From Tubiluchus corallicola (taxonomy: Eukaryota > Animalia > Priapulida): a stretch of DNA of 64,000 nt. The stretch is taken from positions 66,617 to 130,616 of the forward strand of contig JAQGDQ010000347.1 of NCBI GenBank assembly GCA_030141605.1, written 5' to 3'. Positions 32,434-41,826 of the stretch are shown here, in pieces (within the stretch, counting starts at the first letter, position 1; each line of letters starts with the position of its first letter). A program made the position numbers and the translations under genes. The notes under the pieces were generated by a model. The model saw nothing but the letters and a program-made list of their open reading frames with translations, made no database searches and had not been told where the DNA came from.

Positions 32434-32574
32434 AGCTATAGGGTCATTGCACTGTAATAACAACCATCTTGTAGAATTGGATGTGAGCAATAATACTTCT
32501 TTAAGGAATTTTATTTGTGATAATAATCATCTCTCATATTTGGACCTTAGTAAGAATACTGCTCTAGGCTATTT
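32434..32574 (+). repeat. 141-bp target duplication, right copy
   Basis: Identical to 30646-30786 and abuts the right inverted repeat. Confidence 0.95.
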
Positions 32575-32797
32575 GTCTTGCCATGAAAACAATCTTACAA
32601 GTTTGGATGTGAGTAACAACAAAAACTTAGATATTTTGTCTGTAGATAAAGCTTTAATGTGTGAGCCCTCTATTGTAAGTCAGAATCCACGTTTTTGCAC
32701 TTTCTGGACTAAAAGTGGTCGTATGCTCCAATATAGACCTGAATTGGAGTGCAATTAGTAGGAGGAAAGACAAGAACTAAAAAAATAATTATGAACT

Positions 32798-32834
32798 AAA
32801 AAAGTCGTGTCACACAAAGTAACACGACTTTTTT
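32798..32834. terminator. Bidirectional intrinsic terminator
   Basis: AAAAAAGTCGTGT...ACACGACTTTTTT between the convergent LRR and DUF4922 genes. Confidence 0.75.
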
Positions 32835-32954
32835 TAATATTTGTAGGCGTAGTGGTAACTTTCCCAACATAACTCAATATCTTTCGCTTCACAAAGATAT
32901 CCGGACATAAAAACTGAAAGCCTTTGGCTAACAGTTGACAACTAATGCCATATT

Positions 32955-33896
32955 TTATCCCAGCAATCGTTCTGACACTTCTGTGCACTCATTTTCATCC
33001 ATACACACCTGACGAAAAATATCGGCAATATCGTTGGATTCTATTCTCTCAAAATCTTCAGACCGAGGCGTAATAAATACCCCCCCCATGTCTACTGATG
33101 CCGGGCTAATCAGAATCTGCTCATCACCCTCAGCAAAATAACAGGCCGGACGATGAAGAACTCGTGGAAACACATGCACCACATACTCTTTACCGTCATA
33201 ATAGGTCAGCACGTTAATCATGGGTTCAGCATCCTCCACCTGGCTTAACCGGAGTAACTTATGTAGCCTTACAAACAACCGAACAATCATCCCGGTATTA
33301 TTGCCACTACTAAAAGTGATGACTCCACGACTATAACCCTGCCAACTATACACCTCAACCCCATCTGCCATAAAAACTCGTTTCGCGAAAGTGCTGTCTT
33401 TGAAATCTTTTTCTATAGGCATAACCCCTTTCATACCTGCCTGAAAATGAAAATGATCCGGTGCTGATGCTCCACATTTAGCACCATTATAGAATAAAAC
33501 AAACCCTTCGAGCTCCCTCGCCAACTCAAGCATTGATGAAAAGTAAGGCTCAAGTAGTTGCAAAACATGCTCCCTGTGAGATATTGTCAAATGCTCAGGG
33601 AAAATTGGAAAAGGATTAATTAAAATAGTGTAATCGCCAAAACCAACTCCCTCCTGCTCGGGTGGACGGTTTTTCTCACACAAAAAGCAAGGACGCTCTC
33701 GTATTGATATGGCATCTACCTTAGCTGCAGAAGAACGAATACGCCCGGGGTTAAACTGTACTTTTATTTCACTACCACCTTCAAGTATTACCCTTTTAGT
33801 CCTCACATTCTGCAACCCGGCATAATTTCGTGTGGCCAAGCTCCAATTTTGAATCTGGCCTACTATTAACTTTTTGACTTTAAGAGAAATATCCAT
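32955..33896 (-). CDS. DUF4922 protein, HIT/GalT-superfamily nucleotide phosphorylase-like
   Basis: QFNPGRIRS, RPCFLC, NPFPIF, GASAPDHFHFQ (HxHxQ). Confidence 0.85.
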   Translation of the reverse strand: MDISLKVKKLIVGQIQNWSLATRNYAGLQNVRTKRVILEGGSEIKVQFNPGRIRSSAAKVDAISIRERPCFLCEKNRPPEQEGVGFGDYTILINPFPIFPEHLTISHREHVLQLLEPYFSSMLELARELEGFVLFYNGAKCGASAPDHFHFQAGMKGVMPIEKDFKDSTFAKRVFMADGVEVYSWQGYSRGVITFSSGNNTGMIVRLFVRLHKLLRLSQVEDAEPMINVLTYYDGKEYVVHVFPRVLHRPACYFAEGDEQILISPASVDMGGVFITPRSEDFERIESNDIADIFRQVCMDENECTEVSERLLG

Positions 33897-33906
33897 TATT
33901 TTACAC

Positions 33907-35373
33907 TTATACCTGTTGCCCTTTAGCTATATACTGCTGACGCGCTTTGAGCTCTATGGTTCTGATTTTATCCTTATAGAAATTATGTGTATTCATCATA
34001 CTGATACCTAATGATGCATCTGAATTGTCATCCCAGCGACGACACAGGTATAATGGCTCATAAATACGCCCAATCTGATATTGGCGGCTGATGCTTAATC
34101 CTAAAGCATAATCCTCCCCATAGCTGGTATTCGGCACTTTCACACAACGTAACACTGGTGTATAAAAAGCTCGTGGCGCTCCCAGACCATTAATACGTAA
34201 AGCATTATTACGACCATTATCCGGCGTCCACTCTTTATGATCAATCAAACCGGGAGGAATCTCCTCCAACTTAAAATTTACCATCTGATAACTCCCCACT
34301 ACCATGGCGCAACTCTGCTCATAAAATGCTTTTACCACAAGCCTAATAACGCTATCATCGATATACAGGTCATCACTATCTAGCTGGATAGCAAACTTGC
34401 CGCAACGCTCATCTGCCACCGCAACATTCCAGCAACCGCCTATGCCCAAGTCACTCCGCTCAGGAATAATATGTATCAATCGCTCATCATCAAACGAACG
34501 GATTATTTCAGAAGTCCTATCTGTAGAATGGTTATCAACTACAATAAGATTAAATTCAAAATCGGCTTTCTGCTTTAAAGCCGATACAATGGCATCCCTA
34601 ATAGTCTTCTCACGGTTGCGTACCGGAATAATAACTGATGCCTCAACAGGGTAACTCCCTTTCGCAAACTCAATAGGTTTAAATATCGGCTTTAAATAAG
34701 CCCCAATCTCTTTTAAATGAGCTGTACAAACCCGCTCCATTTCAATCTGACGACTACGGTTACGCGGGTCTACATAATCAAACACTTTCTCACCTGACTT
34801 ACGGCTATCTAACTCCACTTCTGAATAAAGCAACTCAGGCAAATGCATTAACTCGTACTTTTGCGACACACGCAATCTTAAATCATACAAAGCTGCAAAT
34901 TGATACTCAGCATCCATGGTCTCCACAGCACCTTTTAGCGCTTCAGCCGTAAATAGTAGCAACGAGCCAAAATTGAAATCATCACGCAGGCTACCCGCCT
35001 GGTATTCAATTACAGGATGAGCACTCATTTTGCCCTCTCTCCTCTCGTAATAATCTGAATATACCATTCCTGCACCGGCATCGGTACAGCAGTGGCACAT
35101 ACGCTCCAATGCATTCATACCAATGTTAAGCTCCATAGATTTGGTGTATACTGCTACAAATTTGCCTGTAACCTCACTTAAAAGCTGCTTCCATGTAGCA
35201 GTAGCATCCAGACCACCTTTAGACACTACAACTTTAGCCCCGTCAACAATAACACTCTCTTTAGCAACAACTACAATATTCACCTCTTCCCCAGACTCTT
35301 GAAATGACTTAACCGTTTGTGTTAACTCTTCCTTATTTGAATAAGGAAGAATACAGGTAATTTTCTCAAACAT
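33907..35373 (-). CDS. GT2-family glycosyltransferase with duplicated/degenerate N-terminal GT-A domain
   Basis: SVIIPVRNRE, VVDNHSTD, QLDSDD, GEDY. Confidence 0.9.
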   Translation of the reverse strand: MFEKITCILPYSNKEELTQTVKSFQESGEEVNIVVVAKESVIVDGAKVVVSKGGLDATATWKQLLSEVTGKFVAVYTKSMELNIGMNALERMCHCCTDAGAGMVYSDYYERREGKMSAHPVIEYQAGSLRDDFNFGSLLLFTAEALKGAVETMDAEYQFAALYDLRLRVSQKYELMHLPELLYSEVELDSRKSGEKVFDYVDPRNRSRQIEMERVCTAHLKEIGAYLKPIFKPIEFAKGSYPVEASVIIPVRNREKTIRDAIVSALKQKADFEFNLIVVDNHSTDRTSEIIRSFDDERLIHIIPERSDLGIGGCWNVAVADERCGKFAIQLDSDDLYIDDSVIRLVVKAFYEQSCAMVVGSYQMVNFKLEEIPPGLIDHKEWTPDNGRNNALRINGLGAPRAFYTPVLRCVKVPNTSYGEDYALGLSISRQYQIGRIYEPLYLCRRWDDNSDASLGISMMNTHNFYKDKIRTIELKARQQYIAKGQQV

Positions 35374-35398
35374 TCTATCTTGTATTTAGCCCTTTAAA

Positions 35399-38300
35399 TT
35401 ATTCAGCCTTAATAAAAAAATCAAGAATATCTTTCATTAAGGCATCACGTTCACTCTCTTTAATAATCGTCTCAAAAGGAAAGCCAAGCATCACATTTTT
35501 ATACTCTCCGTTATAGATAGTTCCAGCACTGGCATTATTTTCTTTATAACGAAAGGCCGTTATTGCATCTTTACCCAACGGCTCAATAGCGTCAGGCGCC
35601 TCCACCGTATAAAAATCTGGGTGGTAGTCCGTATTAAAAGTATACTCACCTCTAATAATCGGGATAGCATAATCAGTTGTATACACACTTCCCCCTTTAG
35701 CAGCATGATTAGTTCGCCAATAAAAATGCAACACTTCAGACACAAATGCCTCTGCAATAGTATCATTTTGAAGTATAAAATCAGAAGCTATATAAGCGCC
35801 ACTCATAAATATATGCTGTCCATTAGCTGTTACCTGCTTTATTTTATCCATAAAAGCTGGTGTGTAAACGATATATCTCGGCTCTCCTCCTTCATGTGAC
35901 ACCGTTGTCTTCTCCTCTCCCAATATTACATCAATTGCCTTATAAACCGATGCATCGTATGATTTACTTTCAAACACTTCATCACTTACAGAAACAAAAG
36001 AGTAGCCCGCCCTCATAATTGACTCCCCATGAACCATAACATTATCAAAACTATTACCTTTTATAACCTTGGATTCGCTATCTCCGTGACTGGCTCCCCA
36101 TCCCGGACTATCATCATCCAACCAGGGAGACTGACGATTAAAATCGTACTGATGACCTGTATATGCATATTCAAACTTATCTGGTACACCATGATCATCC
36201 CACCAGGCCACACCTGCAAAATTGCCCTCATCAATAAATGACGGAGCACTAATACGGTCAAAAGCATTCACCACTAAAACCTTCTCAGCTTGCTCTCCTG
36301 CTATACCCATTGACAAAACCTCACTTGGCATGCTTTCGCCTCCATCATTAAGAGCAGTTACTTTATAACTTACAATCTGCCCCTTATCTGCCTTTGGTAA
36401 TATGCAAGATGTGTCTTCAACAATGGTTCCGTTGTCAAACCCGCTGCTTCCAACACGGCGATAAACTCTGTATTTTGTTGGAATTGCCGTTGGCTCCAGG
36501 GAATCTGCTACCGCCTGCCAACTCAACTTATAACCATCGGTGCTTTCGGTAATTGCCAAATGGCTTACCGGCAGGGGGTGCACCACATAATCTCTCCCTT
36601 CCTGAAATGCTAAAAACTTAAGTATGCCCTTATAAACAGCCCGACTTACATTAAAACGAAAGTGAGGGTCCAGCCCATACCTCATATCTGCCAGATTCTG
36701 GTGCGATAAAAGTTCTAGTAGCATAGTTGGCACATTAGGCCTCCATGCTTCTGAATACTGCCTATCCCATATTCCCCTGTGCCTCCATTTTTCATTGTAC
36801 AACACCCGAATATCTTCTACTATTTGCGTCTGGACAATGTCTGTTAAATCCCGGCTGGCAAGTTTAGACTGGCCGCTAAGAAAAACCCTTTCATCCCGTT
36901 CTGAACTGTAAATCCCAAGTGTTCCAATAACTGAATCATCAGGTGTTACCCCTGCATCGGTGTGGAAAGCAAGTGCTAAATCAACAGGCAGGCTTAACCC
37001 TGCTGCATCTCTGTTTTTAGCAGGCCCGTTAGGTGCTCCCATTAAGTAATTAACCCACTCACCACGACTTTGATAATCATCATTATAATCATTCTTATCC
37101 TCATTGAGACTATATATCAACGTATCGGGCATACCTGCGTATTGTAACCAATAACGTGAAGCCTCAGTATAGCGGGGACGCTGTGAGGTTTTCCATGTAA
37201 AACTGTTAGGGTTTACCTTTTCCCCTTCCACCTCATCTCCTCCTTCGGATCTTAACGACCATTTATTAGGGATCACCTCATCGGCAGGACGACGAGCCAC
37301 ATTCCCCATTCCCCCTCCAATACGTACTGCATCAAGTGAAACCTGCCCGTTGCCATAAACCTCAACTGATGACCCTTTACCTTTCTTAAAGCAAAAAGTA
37401 CCTAAATAGGCCCATGTACCTCCACCCATAGTTTGGTTTAACACATATGAAGTGCTCCCTCCACTATGTTTAATCGTGTACTTTACCTCTTCAGAGTTAC
37501 TTGGCGACTGCCTATATGATACATAAACCGCATACTCGCCATCCTCAGGTATCTCCGGCAAATACTCTGCAACTTTGCCGTTGGCATTTATAACAGTTTG
37601 AGATCTCCCACCCGTAAAAGGATTATCCCCTGAAAAAAGAGTATCTTTATAAGCAAAGCCTCTCTCTCTCTTTATCCTAAGACCCTCTGCAACTATCAGT
37701 TCCGAACTTCCACTCGACCAGTCATCATCTACTATTATTTCATTTCTCTGAAAGCATCGTTCGCGTGGCATAAACACTGTTGCTCCTGAATTTTCGAGCA
37801 TAGGAGCAATATATTGTAGCACATATATCATTGGTGAAATATCTTCAACAGATCCGTACAGACGTGCACGCTGCCACTCCCATCTGTCAAGCTTCGACTC
37901 GTAATACCAGCCATGGCTATGATACAGTGCAACATAATTGTTCGCTAGCCCTTTGGCAAAGTTCTCTGCCCCCACTTTATAAATATACTTTGCTTTATCT
38001 ATTTTAGCCGGCAGCCTCGACCTGTCCACATCTTGACTATATATATTAGGAATCAGCTCTACAAGCTCATATCCACCCGTATATACACCTACTTGATAAC
38101 CTTTAATCTTCCCCTTTAGTTCGGCAGTCAAACTGTTCTTAAAAATTGCCTCTGCCTCATGCCTCCAGGGTAAATGAGATAAAGCCTTGTTAAAATAGAA
38201 GGCAACCTCTTTCTCCGAATGATTTACCTTAAATGAATCAAGCTGAATATTTCCCACATGTGCCCACTTCTGCAAAGGAAACTGCCAATCTACCATTGAC

Positions 38301-38410
38301 TTTCGCAGCTTTTTCTCATGCCTGTCTTTAGCTCTGGCCTGAGCAGCAACACTAATGAACCAGCAGGAACAGATAGCTGCTAAAACAATTGCTTTTAATA
38401 TAGCTCTCAC
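35399..38410 (-). CDS. Secreted multidomain protein: probable Amidase_3-like Zn amidase with golvesin/CBM-like insert and FN3 domain
   Basis: Signal peptide; VALYHSHG...VED...AFHTDA...LLELLSH; GEYAVYVSY...WAYLGTF...DAVRIGGG insert; YKVTALNDGGES FN3. Confidence 0.7.
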   Translation of the reverse strand: MRAILKAIVLAAICSCWFISVAAQARAKDRHEKKLRKSMVDWQFPLQKWAHVGNIQLDSFKVNHSEKEVAFYFNKALSHLPWRHEAEAIFKNSLTAELKGKIKGYQVGVYTGGYELVELIPNIYSQDVDRSRLPAKIDKAKYIYKVGAENFAKGLANNYVALYHSHGWYYESKLDRWEWQRARLYGSVEDISPMIYVLQYIAPMLENSGATVFMPRERCFQRNEIIVDDDWSSGSSELIVAEGLRIKRERGFAYKDTLFSGDNPFTGGRSQTVINANGKVAEYLPEIPEDGEYAVYVSYRQSPSNSEEVKYTIKHSGGSTSYVLNQTMGGGTWAYLGTFCFKKGKGSSVEVYGNGQVSLDAVRIGGGMGNVARRPADEVIPNKWSLRSEGGDEVEGEKVNPNSFTWKTSQRPRYTEASRYWLQYAGMPDTLIYSLNEDKNDYNDDYQSRGEWVNYLMGAPNGPAKNRDAAGLSLPVDLALAFHTDAGVTPDDSVIGTLGIYSSERDERVFLSGQSKLASRDLTDIVQTQIVEDIRVLYNEKWRHRGIWDRQYSEAWRPNVPTMLLELLSHQNLADMRYGLDPHFRFNVSRAVYKGILKFLAFQEGRDYVVHPLPVSHLAITESTDGYKLSWQAVADSLEPTAIPTKYRVYRRVGSSGFDNGTIVEDTSCILPKADKGQIVSYKVTALNDGGESMPSEVLSMGIAGEQAEKVLVVNAFDRISAPSFIDEGNFAGVAWWDDHGVPDKFEYAYTGHQYDFNRQSPWLDDDSPGWGASHGDSESKVIKGNSFDNVMVHGESIMRAGYSFVSVSDEVFESKSYDASVYKAIDVILGEEKTTVSHEGGEPRYIVYTPAFMDKIKQVTANGQHIFMSGAYIASDFILQNDTIAEAFVSEVLHFYWRTNHAAKGGSVYTTDYAIPIIRGEYTFNTDYHPDFYTVEAPDAIEPLGKDAITAFRYKENNASAGTIYNGEYKNVMLGFPFETIIKESERDALMKDILDFFIKAE

Positions 38411-38492
38411 CTTTGTGGTAACACTTATTATTACTAATCGAAAATATTCCGGTACACCAAAAATAGAAAGTTTTTCCTAAGGCCCAAATTTA

Positions 38493-38505
38493 TGTCATAC
38501 ATGTT
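38493..38505. promoter_or_regulatory. Candidate operator TGTCATACATGTT
   Basis: In the divergent amidase/kinase intergenic region; matches 24170-24182. Confidence 0.45.
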
Positions 38506-38650
38506 ACATGTCGCTTTTGATTTCTATACTGTTTATTTCTAAATTTACACTATATTTACCTCAAGCACATCGCCAAAAAATACATAAAAATCAGCACCTT
38601 AAGACCTTACAAGAGCGATGATTAGTTTATAACATGCCATAAAGCTATAT

Positions 38651-39511
38651 ATGATACTAATTGCAGATAGCGGTTCAACCAAGACAGAATGGCGCTTACT
38701 AGGCAGAAGCAACTCCCATTTGAAGACATGTATTACAAAAGGCATTAATCCATTCTATCAAACTTCATCTGAGATACTCAAAAGTTTAAACGAAGAGTAT
38801 AAATTAAACAATATTAAGCTTCAGGAAGTTCATTTTTATGGCGCCGGCTGTGCTAATAAAGAGAAAAATAAAATAGTAAAAGCTGCGCTTACTAGGTTTT
38901 TTACCACCGAAAATATTACAGTAAACAGCGATCTAACCGGAGCTGCTCGCTCATTATGCCAAAATGATAAAGGGGTTGCCTGTATTTTAGGTACAGGATC
39001 CAACTCATGCTACTACAACGGGCATGAGGTGATTGCAAATGTTTCTCCTCTGGGTTTTATTATTGGAGACGAGGGTAGCGGTGCCGCACTAGGTAAAAAA
39101 TTAATAGGCGATATATTTAAAAACCAGCTCTCAGATGAAGTCACTGAAATATTTTTTAAGGAGTACCGAACAGACAGAACTGAAGTACTTGATAATATTT
39201 ACAAGCGCCCTTTACCTAATCGCTACTTGGCTCAATACACCAAATTTATCTCTGCTAACATACATATTAAAGAATTAGAGAAGCTAGTGATTACATCGTT
39301 CAATGAGTTTATTTGCCGTAATCTGCTTCAATATGAAAACGTTTTTAAGGTTAAGATTAACTTCACAGGCAGTATCGCTTATCATTTTAGACCACAACTC
39401 AAAAAAGCTTTAACCCAGTTCGATTTAACACTAGGTATAATTACGCAGGCACCAATGGACGGCCTAGTACAGTATCACCACCAGCTAAAAAATTGTAATG
39501 GCAAAAAATAA
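38651..39511 (+). CDS. BadF/BadG-type amino-sugar kinase (MurK/NagK-like)
   Basis: LIADSGSTKTEW, FYGAGC, ILGTGSNS, GDEGSG; overlaps murQ. Confidence 0.88.
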   Translation: MILIADSGSTKTEWRLLGRSNSHLKTCITKGINPFYQTSSEILKSLNEEYKLNNIKLQEVHFYGAGCANKEKNKIVKAALTRFFTTENITVNSDLTGAARSLCQNDKGVACILGTGSNSCYYNGHEVIANVSPLGFIIGDEGSGAALGKKLIGDIFKNQLSDEVTEIFFKEYRTDRTEVLDNIYKRPLPNRYLAQYTKFISANIHIKELEKLVITSFNEFICRNLLQYENVFKVKINFTGSIAYHFRPQLKKALTQFDLTLGIITQAPMDGLVQYHHQLKNCNGKK

Positions 39512-40325
39512 AAAAGAGAAGAAGTTAAGCATAACCGAATCCCCCTCCCGCTTTGATAACCTGGAGAAGATGTCGGTAGAGGAGTTAATTACAAATATTA
39601 ACCTGGAGGATGCTAATGTGCATGTAGCCGTTAAAAATGCACTACCTCAAATCAGGAAGCTGGTTGAGCGTATTATTAAACGAATGAAGCAAGGCGGCAG
39701 AATATTCTATCTTGGAGCCGGGACGAGCGGGCGCCTGGGTGTATTAGATGCCTCTGAGCTTCCGCCAACATTCGGCGTGCCCGACAATATGGTTATTGGA
39801 CTTATTGCAGGCGGCGATATTGCTCTTCGAAAAGCGGTCGAAGCGGCAGAAGATGACCCAGACAAGGCTTGGAGTGAATTATGCGAATATAAAGTAGATA
39901 GCCTGGATACTGTAATTGGCATTGCCGCATCCGGGACAACACCTTATGTTATTGGCGGTATTAGGCATGCACGCAAAAATGGCCTATTAACCGGCTGCAT
40001 CACAAGCAACCTCAAAAGTAAAGTGGCAGAAGTAACTGAGTTCCCTGTCGAAGCTATTGTTGGCCCTGAATTTGTTACCGGTAGTACCAGATTAAAAGCC
40101 GGAACAGCTCAAAAAATGATCCTTAATATGATCACCACTACAATTATGATACAATTGGGGCGTGTTAAAGGAAATAGAATGGTCAATATGCAACTCACCA
40201 ATAAAAAGCTTATTGACAGAGGTTCCAGAATGATTATGGAAGAACTAAAATTGAATTACGAAGAGGCTGAAAACCTTCTTCTAAAGCATGGGTCGGTTAA
40301 AAAGGCAATAGAAGCTTATAAATAA
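39498..40325 (+). CDS. murQ: N-acetylmuramic acid 6-phosphate etherase
   Basis: GAGTSGRLGVLDASE, AASGTTP, GPEFVTGSTRLKAGTAQK. Confidence 0.96.
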   Translation: MAKNKKEKKLSITESPSRFDNLEKMSVEELITNINLEDANVHVAVKNALPQIRKLVERIIKRMKQGGRIFYLGAGTSGRLGVLDASELPPTFGVPDNMVIGLIAGGDIALRKAVEAAEDDPDKAWSELCEYKVDSLDTVIGIAASGTTPYVIGGIRHARKNGLLTGCITSNLKSKVAEVTEFPVEAIVGPEFVTGSTRLKAGTAQKMILNMITTTIMIQLGRVKGNRMVNMQLTNKKLIDRGSRMIMEELKLNYEEAENLLLKHGSVKKAIEAYK

Positions 40326-40349
40326 CAAGGTTTAGTGTAATAACCAGCT

Positions 40350-40461
40350 GAAGCATTTGCAGGGCAAAAGGCTTTGACTAATACTGAGAAAAACTCGATG
40401 AAAGACCTCCGTTTACTGATATAAATGAATATTTTGAAGAGGATCTTGGCGAAAATAAGAG
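40350..40461 (+). repeat. MITE-like repeat family A, truncated at the IS256
   Basis: GAAGCATTTGCAGGGCAAAA start; CTCGATGAAAGACC..GTTTACTGATATAAATGA core. Confidence 0.7.
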
Positions 40462-40469
40462 TAGCAAAT

Positions 40470-41807
40470 AGCACTATCTCATAAACTGTGTAAATAGAAA
40501 ATGCCGAGGGTTGCAACCCTCGGCATTTTTTTGTTTAATTTTAAAACTTTAGACAGTAATGAAAAAAGAAGATTTATTAAATGATGATTTCCTTGAACAA
40601 TTTAATTCAGGGGAAGAGCTCAATGGTTTTTTACAAGAGCTCCAAAAACGAGGCATTGAAAAGATGCTTGAAGGAGAACTCGATGGTCATTTAGGCTATG
40701 ATAAGAATCAAAAATCGGATAATCAGAATGCCCGCAATGGCTATTCAGAGAAGAGAGTCCGAACCACTCTGGGAGAATCCAACATTCAGGTTCCCCGAGA
40801 CCGTGATTCTTCGTTTAATCCGATGATTGTACCCAAGGGAGGGAACATGGTCGATGGCTTAGAGAATATCATTGTTTCGTTTTATGCTAAAGGAATGAGT
40901 AATAGCGATATTGAAGAGCAAATTCGGGAGCTATACGGTTTTGAAGTTTCCACATCCACCATATCAAGGATTACCGATTCAGTCACCAACGACATTGTAG
41001 CGTGGCAGAACCGACCTCTGGAAACTGTATACCTAATTGTTTGGATGGATGGCATTGTATTTAAAGTGCGGGAGAACTCTAAGGTCGTCAACAAAACCGT
41101 TTACATTGCCGTAGGACTTCGCAGAGATGGGAAAAAAGAGGTTCTTGGCTTATGGTTGGGCAAGAGTGAGTCCGCTGCCTTTTGGATGAACGTACTTACC
41201 GATATGAAAGCCCGTGGAGTTAACGATATTCTGATTACGGCAACAGATAACTTGAATGGCTTTACAGATACTATCCGAACTGTTTTCCCTGAATCTAAAA
41301 CACAAATATGTGTTGTTCATCAAATCCGTAACGCAAGCAGATACGTGGTTTGGAAAGATAAAAAGGCATTTACAAAAGATATGAAGCAAATCTATAATGC
41401 CCCTACAAAAGAGGCTGCAAAAGCAGCTTTAGAAGATTTTGCAGCAGCTTGGGAGGATAAATACTCTTACGCAATTAAAAGCTGGCGAGACAACTGGGAA
41501 GACCTAACAGTATTCTTTGAGTTTCCGCTGGAAATCAGAAAGATAATTTATACAACCAACCTGATTGAGAATCTCAACGGAAAAATCAGAAAATACACAA
41601 AAAACAAACTTTCATTCCCGTCAGACCAGGCTGTAATGAAATCTGTATTTTTGGCAACCAGAGAAGCAACTAAAAAATGGTCAATGCCAATCAGAAACTG
41701 GGGCATTGTCTTGAATCAGTTCTTAGTTATATTTGAAAAAAGGGTCCAGCTATAAACAGCCAAACCCTCGGTGTTTTTTTAGTTTACACACTTTGTGAAA
41801 CAGTGTC
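40470..41807 (+). mobile_element. IS256-family insertion sequence (1338 bp) with 8-bp target duplication TAGCAAAT
   Basis: Imperfect 26-bp inverted repeats AGCACTATCTCATAAACTGTGTAAAT / GTTTACACACTTTGTGAAACAGTGTC; duplication at 40462-40469 and 41808-41815. Confidence 0.95.
40559..41755 (+). CDS. IS256 (mutator-type) transposase, intact
   Basis: [35 protein letters not shown]. Confidence 0.96.
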   Translation: MKKEDLLNDDFLEQFNSGEELNGFLQELQKRGIEKMLEGELDGHLGYDKNQKSDNQNARNGYSEKRVRTTLGESNIQVPRDRDSSFNPMIVPKGGNMVDGLENIIVSFYAKGMSNSDIEEQIRELYGFEVSTSTISRITDSVTNDIVAWQNRPLETVYLIVWMDGIVFKVRENSKVVNKTVYIAVGLRRDGKKEVLGLWLGKSESAAFWMNVLTDMKARGVNDILITATDNLNGFTDTIRTVFPESKTQICVVHQIRNASRYVVWKDKKAFTKDMKQIYNAPTKEAAKAALEDFAAAWEDKYSYAIKSWRDNWEDLTVFFEFPLEIRKIIYTTNLIENLNGKIRKYTKNKLSFPSDQAVMKSVFLATREATKKWSMPIRNWGIVLNQFLVIFEKRVQL

Positions 41808-41826
41808 TAGCAAATCAAAATACTAC

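Larger units (their letters stand above)
29656..32758 (+). pseudogene. Internalin-like leucine-rich-repeat protein pseudogene
   Basis: 21-aa LRRs (C..NNLTSLDVS.N); no start or signal peptide; frameshifts near 30238-30244 and 30422; interrupted by IS1634. Confidence 0.88.

Noticed and set aside
29656-32758. Diversity-generating retroelement template/variable repeat pair
   Set aside because: The 141-bp copies are identical, abut the IS ends, and no reverse transcriptase is present
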